64,000 bases of DNA from Candidatus Kerfeldbacteria bacterium (GCA_963731735.1 CAVSWO010000002.1:529-64528); one strand, 5' to 3'; shown: positions 37,830-47,201, numbered from the stretch's first letter. Program-made: numbers and translations. The notes: generated from the letters alone by a model not told the origin.

Positions 37830-38945
37830 TTACTTGCCCCACTCCAATTTTTCAGCCGGGGCAGTATCATGGACCACGTGCAAAATACGGAGATGGCGAT
37901 ACAACCAGACCAACAGCCAACCAATCCAGGTGGCCGCGAATTGAAAGACGCCGGTTAGGATTTTCAAGATGAAAAACAGACCGAGGGCCAGCAACCACGG
38001 AACTACCGAAACATATTTTTTCACATACCGGTCGTATTGGCGGTTGACCAGTTCCGTCAGAAAAGAATGAATGGTCTGGGTATCACCGATATTTTGATTA
38101 AATTGATCGCTCAAAGCCTGCCGGATATTATCCGCAACTTGGGCCCGGGCCTGAACCAACTCTTGCTCCAGTTCAGATTCAAATTGCTGTCGCGATTCGT
38201 TCGGATCAATGGTGATATCGCTCGAAAACCCTTCGATCCCGCCCAGCCGATCATTGAGCGCCTGCTGTTTGTCGAGGCTGCTGGTTAACTGATCAAATTG
38301 GATGTCGTCAAGCAATTGATGGGCGGGCGGAATTTCTGTTTCGACTAGTTTGCTGAGCGTATAGTCCGGCTGGTAGCCGTCGATGAAATTTGGCAGGAAG
38401 CGTTCGATGACCGTCACGGCTTGGTCTGACAAATGCTGGCCCAACTCTTCGGGCGTGGAACTGGTTCCGCGGAGTTGCTGGTAATACAGTGTCGATACAC
38501 TCAACATCAAGAGCGTGACCATCAGCGGTAACGCCCAGCCAGCCGTCAAATGCGGTTTGACCAACAGCCGACTATGCGCGTCGCTGACAAAACGCTCCAG
38601 TGACCACCACAGCACCAGCCAGGTAAAGACCAGCACCCCAAGCGTCAGCCAAGTTAGCGGAAAAAATATCAGCAGCGGCAGGGCTGCCAGCAGCGCTCCC
38701 ACCAATCGGATCCAGCGCGCGCTGGCCACAAATCCGCTGGTCGTTAAGCCGCCCAGCCATAATCCAAAAGCGAAAAACCCGAAGATAATGAAGAACAGTA
38801 AATTCGGCAGGCTGGCGGTGGTGAAAGCCAGGTGGCCCTGGAGCGTTTGACTGACCACATACCACCAGCCGGCCGCGGCCGCCATACTCGGCGCCCAAAA
38901 CCACAGCAGTTTCGGGTTCCAGGGATTTTGTACCTCCGCCAGCAT
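37830..38945 (-). CDS. Polytopic membrane protein, hypothetical.
   Basis: 371 aa; N-terminal half TM-rich, C-terminal half soluble. Confidence 0.5.
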   Translation of the reverse strand: MLAEVQNPWNPKLLWFWAPSMAAAAGWWYVVSQTLQGHLAFTTASLPNLLFFIIFGFFAFGLWLGGLTTSGFVASARWIRLVGALLAALPLLIFFPLTWLTLGVLVFTWLVLWWSLERFVSDAHSRLLVKPHLTAGWALPLMVTLLMLSVSTLYYQQLRGTSSTPEELGQHLSDQAVTVIERFLPNFIDGYQPDYTLSKLVETEIPPAHQLLDDIQFDQLTSSLDKQQALNDRLGGIEGFSSDITIDPNESRQQFESELEQELVQARAQVADNIRQALSDQFNQNIGDTQTIHSFLTELVNRQYDRYVKKYVSVVPWLLALGLFFILKILTGVFQFAATWIGWLLVWLYRHLRILHVVHDTAPAEKLEWGK

Positions 38946-38950
38946 CGGTG

Positions 38951-39232
38951 TTAGGCCTGAAATCCGAAATCGTTGGCCGGTGCGGCGGTGGCTTCCAACG
39001 GTCCGAATTGATGCTCGTATTTTTTCAGATTCTCTTCGAGCGCCTTCAGGAACCGTTTGGCATGGCTCGGGCTGGTGATCACTCGGCTAACCAGCTGTCC
39101 ATGCGGCGGCAGAACGTGCAAAAAGTCAAAGACGACTTCTTCCTTGGTGTGTGAGATCTGCACCATGTTGGTGTACTGGCCTTTTAGTACATCATCGCTG
39201 GCTTTGATTTGAATTTGTTGTGGTGAAGCCAT
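38951..39232 (-). CDS. DUF3467-like small protein.
   Basis: GQYTNMVQISHTKEEVVFDF resembles the DUF3467 core motif. Start taken at MASPQQ. Confidence 0.5.
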   Translation of the reverse strand: MASPQQIQIKASDDVLKGQYTNMVQISHTKEEVVFDFLHVLPPHGQLVSRVITSPSHAKRFLKALEENLKKYEHQFGPLEATAAPANDFGFQA

Positions 39233-39376
39233 AGAGATTTTGATTAACGAACGCGGGTAGTATAGCACCGCAATCCTCGCCTGCACAGCCGGTCTGTCCG
39301 CCGACACGATTCAAGAAAATTCTATCGATACAAAAACCGCCCGAGAAATTCGGGCGGTTTAAGCGTTCGAATGGTG

Positions 39377-41500
39377 TTATGGAGCCAGCTCGCCAGCCGG
39401 TAATTTGCTTGGGCCTCCGCCGCCGCCAGATCCACTGGTGCAAAGGACTGGCTTAGTCAGCAGTAAATCTTCATAGGGCTGTCCTTTGGTATCATAGTAG
39501 AAGATCTTGTACCCATCACCGGTTGATGGCGTATAGCTGAAGGCCGGCAGGCACAGGGTAGTATTTATCGGAGTTGGCGCCACGTCACTCTCGGCCGTAT
39601 ATCCTCCCTGGAAATTCAGTTTGAGGTACGGCACATGGACGGGCGTGGTAATTGAACTGTCAACTACCGGCTGCACCATCAGCGGTTCAATTGTTCCGGA
39701 AGTGGTGGTCGAGGCGGAAACGGATTGGCTCGGGAAATGTATACTCCCTAACTGGTAGGTCCGCGCAAAGTTAAAGTTGAAGGTGCCTTCAAAAGATCCG
39801 GGATTGCCATCCGCGACGGTTGCGTTCGTAAAGTGAGTTACGTGGAGACCACGGTTGTAGCTCTGGGTGCAGCTGGTCTTAAGCGCGCGGTTGGTCAAGA
39901 ATATATCAGTGTACGGTTCGCCGTTTTGGTCGAAGTAGAAGGTGGTGTCACCTTCGCCCGTCGTGCCATTCAGGCTGTAGCTCGGGGTACAGGCCGTCAC
40001 ATTAAACGTCTGAGACGGTACGTTTGGATCAGCGCTGACCCAAAGATGCCCGGCTAAGTGCATGATCGTTTGAGGCACAATCACGGAACCCTCGATGTTT
40101 CCGGCTGTCGCATGAATGCCAAATGGTCCAATCGGGTTATAGGCACTGTTGTAATACGGTCCGGTTCCGTCAGCACTTAACCCGTACAGCAGGGTCTGAT
40201 CTTGGTACAGGTCGAAGTGACCCAGGCTGAAGTTTGATGGATCGGAGGCAATCACTTGTGACATGAGATGCAGGTCGGTAAAACTTGAAACCCGCAACAT
40301 GCGTTCACGTTTGGTCACGCAATCTTCGGTCACGACTGGCTGGGTTAAGAAGACATCGGAATAAGCGTTACCCCGGGTGTCAAAGAAGTAGCGGGCCGGT
40401 ACTTCGCTTTGGGTGACATCAACGGATGGCATACACAGCGTGGCTTGCTGTGATTCCCCCTGGTAGGGCGCGCCAGTGATTCGTATCAGCGCTTCGGGAG
40501 TCGTGTAATTGTCACCGAAGGTGAATTCCGGCATCAAGGTCAGCGGGGTGTCGCTTGGATAATCAACCACTTGGCTGCCATACGAAAAACCGTTGGCGAA
40601 GTTGTACAATCCAAGGTTAGCATTGCCGACTTGGAGGATATTCAGCGAGTGCGATAGTGTGCTCGGCAAAAACGAACCTTCCGTATTCGTGACGCTGGAA
40701 AATTTCAGTGACCGGTTTTTTATATCATCACAAGATTCGGACGTAGTTCGATTGGTTAGTTTACTGTCAGTGTAGGTTGAGCCATCGCTGCCAATATACA
40801 AACGAGATTCCGAGCTCTGGCCGATACACAGCGTCAAATAATCCGGACCCGAAGTTGCGTCCCGCATGTAACTAATAGTCACCATTTGGGCTGGAAATCC
40901 GAGCGGAGGATCTTCAATGGAAAATGGTGTAGCTTGTGCAGACGCCTCGGGTATTAAATATTTTTCAATCGGAGAACGATGACTGGGTGCCATGGCGGTG
41001 TTGCCCGGAGTCAACTCTATATAGACTGGGTAGGCACTGACCGGTACCTGTGCACTGGCTTCAGGTATCAACCATTGAGCGATTGTTGAACGACCGCTGG
41101 TCTCTTGATTGAGCGGGGGAAGCATGGAGACGGGTTGTGATTCAACATTTGGCGTAGCCTGAGACTCTCCCGCCGCCGAAGTTTGTGAATAAAACGTGTA
41201 CTGGCTATTGCCGACTTTGGCTTTGTAATACAGCGAAGCAAAAGCCTGATTTTGGTCCATCATCGAAACCGCATTAGAAATCACCGTGACTTTTAAGGGC
41301 TTATTTTTCGTTCCACCGCCTCCATTCCCGGAATCAAGCAATTTGGGAAAGGCCAACATCGCAAACCCCATAGCCAGCGCGCTCATGCCGATGGCCGTAC
41401 CTAAAAAAATACGGGTGGCGCTTAAGGCGATCCCCGTTGAGGTGGTTTGCTGGGTTGCTGACGAGACCTGATTCTTATCGGTATCGATGGTCAGTCGCAT
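39377..41500 (-). CDS. Large membrane-anchored or secreted surface protein with four Cys-bracketed internal repeats.
   Basis: N-terminal TM, duplicated YLIPEASAQ, and four modules of the form TLC...(Y/F)(Y/F)(F/Y)D..G.(A/P)Y.D.(F/L)LT......C. Gly-rich C-terminus. Confidence 0.6.
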   Translation of the reverse strand: MRLTIDTDKNQVSSATQQTTSTGIALSATRIFLGTAIGMSALAMGFAMLAFPKLLDSGNGGGGTKNKPLKVTVISNAVSMMDQNQAFASLYYKAKVGNSQYTFYSQTSAAGESQATPNVESQPVSMLPPLNQETSGRSTIAQWLIPEASAQVPVSAYPVYIELTPGNTAMAPSHRSPIEKYLIPEASAQATPFSIEDPPLGFPAQMVTISYMRDATSGPDYLTLCIGQSSESRLYIGSDGSTYTDSKLTNRTTSESCDDIKNRSLKFSSVTNTEGSFLPSTLSHSLNILQVGNANLGLYNFANGFSYGSQVVDYPSDTPLTLMPEFTFGDNYTTPEALIRITGAPYQGESQQATLCMPSVDVTQSEVPARYFFDTRGNAYSDVFLTQPVVTEDCVTKRERMLRVSSFTDLHLMSQVIASDPSNFSLGHFDLYQDQTLLYGLSADGTGPYYNSAYNPIGPFGIHATAGNIEGSVIVPQTIMHLAGHLWVSADPNVPSQTFNVTACTPSYSLNGTTGEGDTTFYFDQNGEPYTDIFLTNRALKTSCTQSYNRGLHVTHFTNATVADGNPGSFEGTFNFNFARTYQLGSIHFPSQSVSASTTTSGTIEPLMVQPVVDSSITTPVHVPYLKLNFQGGYTAESDVAPTPINTTLCLPAFSYTPSTGDGYKIFYYDTKGQPYEDLLLTKPVLCTSGSGGGGGPSKLPAGELAP

Positions 41501-41580
41501 AAATGTATTTTATTGATTATTTCTTCTCTTCGACATCTAGTATAGCAAAAAATACACCGTTTGTCAATTTGCTCCTCGCC

Positions 41581-41910
41581 CTACCGATTATCGCCTGAAC
41601 CGTGGATTTGATTCCGTTCCAACCGCGACAGCAGTTTGTCTAAATTGGTCTGGGCGACGGCGTCCAGTTCCAGTCCCAGCTCGGTGGCTAACTGCGCCAA
41701 GTACCACAGCACATCACCCATTTCTTTTTGAATCTCTTGGCGAGTAACTTCGTCGATCTGGCCGCCTTTGTCCCGTAGGATCTTTTTAATTTTTTCAGCC
41801 ACCTCGCCGGCTTCGCCGACCAGGCCTAAGGTCGGGTAGACAAAGTTTTGACCGGCGTCAGGATATTTGGCGGTGGTTCGACTTGATTGTTGATAGCTTG
41901 AAAATTCCAT
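41581..41910 (-). CDS. MazG-like nucleotide pyrophosphohydrolase (small all-alpha NTP-PPase).
   Basis: YPTLGLVGEAGEVAEKIKK...EMGDVLWYLAQLA. Confidence 0.75.
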   Translation of the reverse strand: MEFSSYQQSSRTTAKYPDAGQNFVYPTLGLVGEAGEVAEKIKKILRDKGGQIDEVTRQEIQKEMGDVLWYLAQLATELGLELDAVAQTNLDKLLSRLERNQIHGSGDNR

Positions 41911-41951
41911 GATTAAGAAATCAATGACAAGATTAGGTTGAGTATAGCATA

Positions 41952-42623
41952 TCAGGGTTCATAGTCTTTGGGCGCCGACGGCTGGTTACCCGGCATTCGT
42001 TCGATCGACAGCATCAGACCGTCCACTAGAATTTTTCCCAACACCACCGCCCACAGCGCGAACCAACCAAGGCTGACATGAACTACCAGCATCAGAAAAA
42101 CCGCCAATTCAACCACTGACGCGTGGATCAAGCTGGCCCGGAATATATCATGCGATACGATAAACCCACGACGTTGATTGAGCTCGCCCGCGACCCCGAT
42201 GATCAGGAGACTCACATTCATAAGGCCAAATGTCAGCAAGCCGGGGTCGGTGGAGGTTTCGGTAAACCATCGGACATGCCGAGCCCAGGTCGCGTCGGTC
42301 AAAAAGCTGAGCGCGACAGCTCCGCCGGTCCAGGCTAAGACCATTGAGCTGATCAGCCAGAGTGAGCCGAGGCTCAAAACCACCGCCCACAATACGTGGG
42401 CCGTGGCCGGGATATCCCAAGTAGCCAATTCAACTTCAACCGCCTGGTTTTCCCGGGCGTGAACTAAACCCCGTTTCAAAAGCGCCACACTTGTTATGAG
42501 GACGCCTTCCCACCAATATGCCAACCAGAGTGTTCCGACATCCCAATTTCCGGTCTGCACAAACACCAGTGGCAAGGCGTTGACGGCCAGCCAGAACCAC
42601 CGAGTTGGAGACTGCAGCGGCAT
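41952..42623 (-). CDS. Integral membrane protein, hypothetical.
   Basis: 223 aa with 5-6 TM segments. Confidence 0.5.
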   Translation of the reverse strand: MPLQSPTRWFWLAVNALPLVFVQTGNWDVGTLWLAYWWEGVLITSVALLKRGLVHARENQAVEVELATWDIPATAHVLWAVVLSLGSLWLISSMVLAWTGGAVALSFLTDATWARHVRWFTETSTDPGLLTFGLMNVSLLIIGVAGELNQRRGFIVSHDIFRASLIHASVVELAVFLMLVVHVSLGWFALWAVVLGKILVDGLMLSIERMPGNQPSAPKDYEP

Positions 42624-42718
42624 GATAGGTTCAGCCTAGCAGTCTGCCGCGCTTTTGCCTAGCCGATTATTTGCAGGCGCTTTTTGGGCGCATATATCCA
42701 AGTTTATCGCGGCTGGAC

Positions 42719-42746
42719 TTGACAATATTTCCTACCGGTGTATACT
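42719..42746 (+). promoter_or_regulatory. Strong promoter TTGACA-N16-TATACT with no protein gene downstream.
   Basis: cTTGACAatatttcctaccggtgTATACTgg. Confidence 0.6.
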
Positions 42747-42752
42747 GGCGGT

Positions 42753-43362
42753 TGTCTTTACAGGCCATCTTTGCGTCGCCCATGGGGTGCCGGGAGGGAT
42801 AGTCGCTCATCGAAGCGAGCAATTATCGAAGCGGTTGCGCTTCTCTCTCGGCCCCCGGGCGGCCGTCGAACGACATCCCCGCGGGGCGGGGCGCTGGGAC
42901 CTGCGCGGTCTCGACCTGAATTCCAACTTCGAGTTGGAATGAAGCCAGGGATCTGCGCGCCAGAGCCTGCCATCAGGTTCCAGCCCCCGCCGTGGTGGAT
43001 GCTTCCGTTCACGCACGCGAGCCGAACGCAGGACGACAAGAGTCCTGAAAACTGCTCGCGCGAACCGGCGAGGGTTCGGGGCTTCCGTGCGCCCCACCCT
43101 CGTCCGGTCTAAGACTTCTTCCTCGATCCTTCAGCTTTCAGCTTCGCCTTCCCGGTCTGCTTCCGGCAGACCACCGTGATTCACGGCGCAACCGAGACAG
43201 CGCCGCCACCATCAACGGAAGAAAGGAGGTGACCAATGAAAGGCCGCTCTCCGCTCTCGGGTAACCGGTAGCGCGCGGCGAATACGCTCTCACATTCGGG
43301 CCACCGCCCAATCACAATTTGACGAGCCTCCCCCGTTTCCTCGGAACCGGGGGAGTTTTTTC
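42753..43362 (+). ncRNA. Candidate structured non-coding RNA or long leader: ~610 nt, ~68% GC, no credible ORF, bounded by a promoter and a terminator.
   Basis: Many perfect hairpins (ccaac-ttcga-gttgg, ggtctgc-ttccg-gcagacc, cgaaccggcgagggttcg). Only Arg/Pro-rich overlapping ORFs. An 11-codon ORF with a perfect SD lies at 43236..43271. Confidence 0.4.
43328..43362 (+). terminator. Rho-independent terminator.
   Basis: ctcccccg-tttcctcggaac-cgggggag followed by ttttttc. Confidence 0.8.
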
Positions 43363-43365
43363 TAT

Positions 43366-43394
43366 TTGACGAATGGAGCGGCTTCCGTTAGAGT
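43366..43394 (+). promoter_or_regulatory. Promoter TTGACG-N17-TAGAGT.
   Basis: TTGACGaatggagcggcttccgtTAGAGT, then a GGAGG SD and the ATG at 43428. Confidence 0.6.
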
Positions 43395-43427
43395 GCCGTT
43401 GCTCTTTTCCTTCGACCCGGAGGTTGC

Positions 43428-43775
43428 ATGACCGTTATTCGGAAGTTCGGCCCAACCCGTTTTCGTGAGTACGAAGTCGTGGCGGGCGACGAAGTCATGA
43501 CCATCAGCCAGAGCGGCGTTTCATTCAAGCTGGCCTACTTGCCGGAACTGCCTTTCACACGGTATTACGTCTGGTTCAGCTACATCAAGAGTGCCAGGGA
43601 AAACGAGTATATGCTCTCGTGCCATTACCGGTTGCGGGATGGCAAGGATCGACCGAACATGATCCAAATCATCGGCTCGTTTGCAAGCCTGACCGATGCC
43701 CAGGATTTCCTGCGCGGCGTGGCCCCGCTGCTGCCCGAGCTGCCGGCCGACCAACTCCCGAACAACCAGTCCTAG
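43428..43775 (+). CDS. Hypothetical protein.
   Basis: 115 aa with its own promoter and SD. Confidence 0.55.
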   Translation: MTVIRKFGPTRFREYEVVAGDEVMTISQSGVSFKLAYLPELPFTRYYVWFSYIKSARENEYMLSCHYRLRDGKDRPNMIQIIGSFASLTDAQDFLRGVAPLLPELPADQLPNNQS

Positions 43776-43781
43776 CCCCGG

Positions 43782-44372
43782 CTAGGACTTTTTTTCTGCC
43801 GGCAGAACGGCTGCCAATTTTTCTACCGTCGTGAAGACGTGGGTTTGAAACCCGAGTGAGCCGGCGAACGAAGACACCTCTGCCGAATGATCAATCAGCA
43901 AACAATCCGACGGTTGGTAGGCGCCTTTCTGTAACAGCAACTTATAAAATTCCTGATCATGTTTGGTCAGACCGAGATCGCAGGAAAATAACAAGGTGTC
44001 AAAAAATTCCGGCAAATTATAGGCGGTCCGGATGGCATTTTTCTTATCCGGCGAACAATCGGTGGCCAAGCCCAAGGCGACTTGCCCGTGAAGCATGTTG
44101 ATCAACCCCCAGACTTCCCGATTCGGATCAACGTGGAGAAAATATTTTTTTCCCGCCACTACCGCCTGGTTTCCAAACAATCGTTCAACCATCGCCCAAA
44201 AATCTTCCGGCGGCAAACTCCCGGTCATGTAGGCGTAACTATGCTGCTCGAGTTCTGCGCTAATCGCTTGGTGATCTGTCTGTCCGGCGACTTGGCCGAT
44301 CGCCTGCATCAAACCGGTGAAGGTTCGCCGGTCGAGCACGCCGTGATAATCGAAATATATGATCTTGGCCAT
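43782..44372 (-). CDS. HAD-superfamily hydrolase.
   Basis: Motif I IIYFDYHGVLD, with downstream ATDCSP and D-rich motifs. Confidence 0.65.
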   Translation of the reverse strand: MAKIIYFDYHGVLDRRTFTGLMQAIGQVAGQTDHQAISAELEQHSYAYMTGSLPPEDFWAMVERLFGNQAVVAGKKYFLHVDPNREVWGLINMLHGQVALGLATDCSPDKKNAIRTAYNLPEFFDTLLFSCDLGLTKHDQEFYKLLLQKGAYQPSDCLLIDHSAEVSSFAGSLGFQTHVFTTVEKLAAVLPAEKKS

Positions 44373-44472
44373 GGCGATAGTTTAGCACCGCGTTGACATT
44401 TGGGCGAGGTATGCTAGCGTCAAGTCAAGCAGCTCATTCGCAGCCTATCTCTTGGCCAAAACACGAGGAGCC

Positions 44473-44793
44473 ATGATCGAGCACGTCAAGCTGTTTGACT
44501 ACGCGCACGACGGAGCCTGTTTCCTGCACACCCGTGAAGGTTCAACGCTCTGGATTGCGCATCGCAATTTCCAGTTCCGTTTATTCACGCGCTTGAACCT
44601 CCGGATCCGGCCCAACGACCGGGTCAGTCTGACCTATCACGCCGGCGCCATCCAGCTGATCGTCGGGCAGCAATCGGCCGACCAATGTCGGACCATCGCC
44701 CTGGCCGAAGCCGAACTGACGCCGCGTTTGGCGAGCTGGATCGACCGAGCCAATCTCTACCTGGGATCGTCCCAGCCCCCGGTGCTACCGTAA
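44473..44793 (+). CDS. Hypothetical protein.
   Basis: ORF 44452..44793; start taken at MIEHVKL. Confidence 0.4.
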   Translation: MIEHVKLFDYAHDGACFLHTREGSTLWIAHRNFQFRLFTRLNLRIRPNDRVSLTYHAGAIQLIVGQQSADQCRTIALAEAELTPRLASWIDRANLYLGSSQPPVLP

Positions 44794-44796
44794 GCA

Positions 44797-44830
44797 CCGG
44801 GGTATTTTTATAAAAAAACGGAGCTCATGA
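44797..44830 (-). terminator. Terminator hairpin (cggagctcgtcatgagctccg plus a T tract on the minus strand).
   Basis: Read directly. Confidence 0.6.
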
Positions 44831-45055
44831 CGAGCTCCGAGACTTCTGAAAGAACGGCCAGCCGGTCTGCGCGAGAATTTCCCCGTAGATGGCCAACCCG
44901 ATGACAATCGCCACTCCGTTCCAGGTCAGGACTTGGCCGAACATCAGCAGGAAGATGATGGCAACAACTTCGAGCGTGCCGCCGATGGCCAAGTACTGGT
45001 TGGGCGGAAAATTTCCCTGCGCCTCCAAATCACGATAGGTCCGCGATCCTAACAT
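44825..45055 (-). CDS. Small two-TM membrane protein.
   Basis: Strong SD AGGAGGAGATAATG; 76 aa. Confidence 0.5.
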   Translation of the reverse strand: MLGSRTYRDLEAQGNFPPNQYLAIGGTLEVVAIIFLLMFGQVLTWNGVAIVIGLAIYGEILAQTGWPFFQKSRSSS

Positions 45056-45084
45056 TATCTCCTCCTAGGTGTGTGGGTAGTGGG

Positions 45085-45122
45085 AGTATACCACAATCCC
45101 CCCCCCAACCTCCGCGCGGCCG
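45085..45122. repeat. Copy R1 of a 20-bp GC-rich motif family (...CCCAACCTCCGCGCGGCCGG), fused to an extended -10 element GTATACCACA on the opposite strand.
   Basis: Read directly; compare R2-R5. Confidence 0.8.
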
Positions 45123-45394
45123 GCGCGGTACATTAAATTTCGTGAGAGTCAAGAATTATTCGACGGAAATATTAGTTCAAGTCTACTATCACAAAAACAC
45201 TCGCAGAAGTAAGAAAACTCCCGAGACGGCAGAGCCAAGTAGGAGTACTGAAGGGACGCCGACCAGACGGCGCAGTTCCAATGAAATCGATTGTTTGGTT
45301 TTGAAGGCAAACCGGTATTGACAAAAAACGGTTTTTTTGCTAGCCTGCTTGGTCAGTTAAATGACGTCAAAATCTAAACAATCTGGAGGATACG

Positions 45395-45598
45395 ATGTTC
45401 ATTCCTGTGCTTCTCCTCGCCCTGGCTACCGGTAGTGGCATTGCGCTGGGATATGGAACGCATAGCGCCGCCATCGGCTGGGCCGCTTCTTTCGGCCTCC
45501 TGATGCTCGCCGTGAGCATTATTCAGATCATGCACTACTTGGATGCCATCCTGGATTCCCAGCAGGCCATCCGCGAACTCATCAGGAATCGGATGTAG
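45395..45598 (+). CDS. Small two-TM membrane protein.
   Basis: SD GGAGGATACGATG; 67 aa; terminator downstream. Confidence 0.5.
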   Translation: MFIPVLLLALATGSGIALGYGTHSAAIGWAASFGLLMLAVSIIQIMHYLDAILDSQQAIRELIRNRM

Positions 45599-45625
45599 AA
45601 CCTTCCGACCAGGCCAACAAACTTT

Positions 45626-45656
45626 GGGAGCCCCCTCGGGGACTCCCTCTTTTTTA
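45626..45656 (+). terminator. Rho-independent terminator.
   Basis: gggagccccctcggggactccc followed by tctttttt. Confidence 0.7.
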
Positions 45657-45704
45657 CAACCTTCTTAAAAACTTTGGTCGAGGCTCCACCTGCTTTGTCT
45701 AGGC

Positions 45705-45733
45705 TTGACTAGTCACAAATAAACCGCTATCCT
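45705..45733 (+). promoter_or_regulatory. Promoter TTGACT-N17-TATCCT.
   Basis: TTGACTagtcacaaataaaccgcTATCCT. Confidence 0.5.
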
Positions 45734-45821
45734 GTGCAAGCTCTCTTCCGACTGGATGGGAGTCTTGTTCATCACTTGTCTCGGAGATACTTGCCGGGAC
45801 GCTTCTCCAGGGGGCTTTACC

Positions 45822-46610
45822 ATGAAGCGTTGCAAACTGCTGGGGGCATTTTCCATCCTGCTGATGCTGACCCTGCCCCTCTCGGCCTTCGCGGCCACGC
45901 TGACCGTCACGCCGAGCGCACCGCTCGGCTGGGGTCCGCAGAACGTGACCGGTGGCGGCACCGTCGCCATCACCACCACCTACCCGCGGACGACCGACGG
46001 TTCGCTTCAGTTCACGGGTTCCAGCGGCAGCTCCAAGGCCGACTACGAGCTCGACAACCTCAATCCCGGCGGCTTCGGGCTAGTCAAGGACATCACGTCC
46101 GTCGGCTACGAATTCTACCGGAACAGCTCGAGCAGCAACCCGGCGGTTCAGGCTCCGGCCATGCGGCTCGGCGTCTACGATCCGGTTTCGGGTGCCGCTT
46201 CGCTGCTGATCTACGAACCGGTTTACAACGGCTACCCGTCGTCGGTTCCGACCGACAGCTGGGTGACGATCGACGGTCTCAATGGGAACTGGTGGATGCG
46301 TGCTTTCGGCTCGCCCTCCTGCTCGTACGAGATCTACGACATCACCCTGGCCGAGTGGGCGACCAATTCGAACAACGGCAATCCGTTGCAGCCGTACAAC
46401 GGTTGCACACCGAACCCGGTCGGTCCGAACGCCTGGGTCTACGCCATCAACGTGGGTATCGGTTCCGGCTGGAACGGCGCCTTCGACGGCGCGGTCGACA
46501 ACGTTACCCTCGGGTTCAATGGCCTGTCGGTGACCTACAACTTCGAACCGGATCTGCCGACCCCGGATTCCAAGACCTCTTGGGGTCGGCTCAAGACCAT
46601 CTACCGCTAA
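45822..46610 (+). CDS. Secreted Gly/Ser/Asn/Thr-rich protein, hypothetical.
   Basis: Signal peptide MKRCKLLGAFSILLMLTLPLSAFA; 262 aa. The alternate-frame ORF 45734..46615 is Arg-rich junk produced by high GC. Confidence 0.6.
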   Translation: MKRCKLLGAFSILLMLTLPLSAFAATLTVTPSAPLGWGPQNVTGGGTVAITTTYPRTTDGSLQFTGSSGSSKADYELDNLNPGGFGLVKDITSVGYEFYRNSSSSNPAVQAPAMRLGVYDPVSGAASLLIYEPVYNGYPSSVPTDSWVTIDGLNGNWWMRAFGSPSCSYEIYDITLAEWATNSNNGNPLQPYNGCTPNPVGPNAWVYAINVGIGSGWNGAFDGAVDNVTLGFNGLSVTYNFEPDLPTPDSKTSWGRLKTIYR

Positions 46611-46631
46611 CCTAGCTGCACCTTCAACACC

Positions 46632-46660
46632 CCGGCCGTTGCGCGAAGCGCAACGGCCGG
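46632..46660 (+). terminator. Long GC hairpin (ccggccgttgcgc-gaa-gcgcaacggccgg) with a weak U tract.
   Basis: Read directly. Confidence 0.5.
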
Positions 46661-46666
46661 TCTTCT

Positions 46667-46692
46667 AATCCCCCAACCTTCGCCCGGACTGG
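46667..46692. repeat. Copy R2 of the motif (AATCCCCCAACCTTCGCCCGGACTGG), between convergent gene ends.
   Basis: Read directly. Confidence 0.8.
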
Positions 46693-46716
46693 GTCAGACC
46701 GCAGGCTGGAGTTGGA

Positions 46717-47136
46717 CTAATTTCCTTGTATCGCCTTTACAATTTCGTCGATGACTCCCTCCGAAACTTTCCGCTCTGTCCCCCGTTCATAATGACTACC
46801 GAAAGCCTTGTCCTCAAACAGTTCACCGGCGAACGTAACCGGTTTGTTATATCTCGGCCGAACGTGCCAATGCACGTGCGGATTCGGAGGATCGTTCCGA
46901 TAGGCGTGATTCATTAAGCAGGTCCAGTTGAACATCGTTGCACCGAATGCTTTCTTGCATGCGGATTCGAGTTGTTTCACCACCTGCGAAAAATCATTCC
47001 ATTGATCCGCAGTCAGGTTGGACATGGATCCAACTGGCTCCTTGCATACCACGATGCAACGACCGAGATAGGTTTGGTCGTCATTTTTTAGTAAGACTTT
47101 CCAATGCGGAGTTTCGAAGATCAGGTACTGCTTCAT
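46717..47136 (-). CDS. HIT-family (histidine triad) hydrolase.
   Basis: HVHWHVRPRY histidine-triad motif; 139 aa. The -10 lies 7 nt from the ATG, so the mRNA is leaderless. Confidence 0.8.
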   Translation of the reverse strand: MKQYLIFETPHWKVLLKNDDQTYLGRCIVVCKEPVGSMSNLTADQWNDFSQVVKQLESACKKAFGATMFNWTCLMNHAYRNDPPNPHVHWHVRPRYNKPVTFAGELFEDKAFGSHYERGTERKVSEGVIDEIVKAIQGN

Positions 47137-47144
47137 GGTATTGA

Positions 47145-47178
47145 GTATACCACACCCCCAACCTTCGCCCGGCCGGGG
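47145..47178. repeat. Copy R3 (GTATACCACACCCCCAACCTTCGCCCGGCCGGGG).
   Basis: Read directly. Confidence 0.8.
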
Positions 47179-47201
47179 TCACTGTGAAGGCGCGGTTAGA
47201 A

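Noticed and set aside
42753-43362. Identification as RNase P RNA, tmRNA or SRP RNA.
   Set aside because: I could not find the conserved GGAAAGUCCGG / ACAGAACCCGGCUUA (RNase P) motifs, a tRNA-like T-arm plus ACCA end (tmRNA), or the GGUCCGGAAGGAAGCAGCC motif (SRP). It is kept only as an unclassified structured-RNA candidate.
45734-46615. 293-aa alternate-frame ORF covering the secreted-protein gene.
   Set aside because: The translation is dominated by Arg, His and Gly (RRHHHHLPADDRR...). The other frame has a clean signal peptide and a balanced composition.
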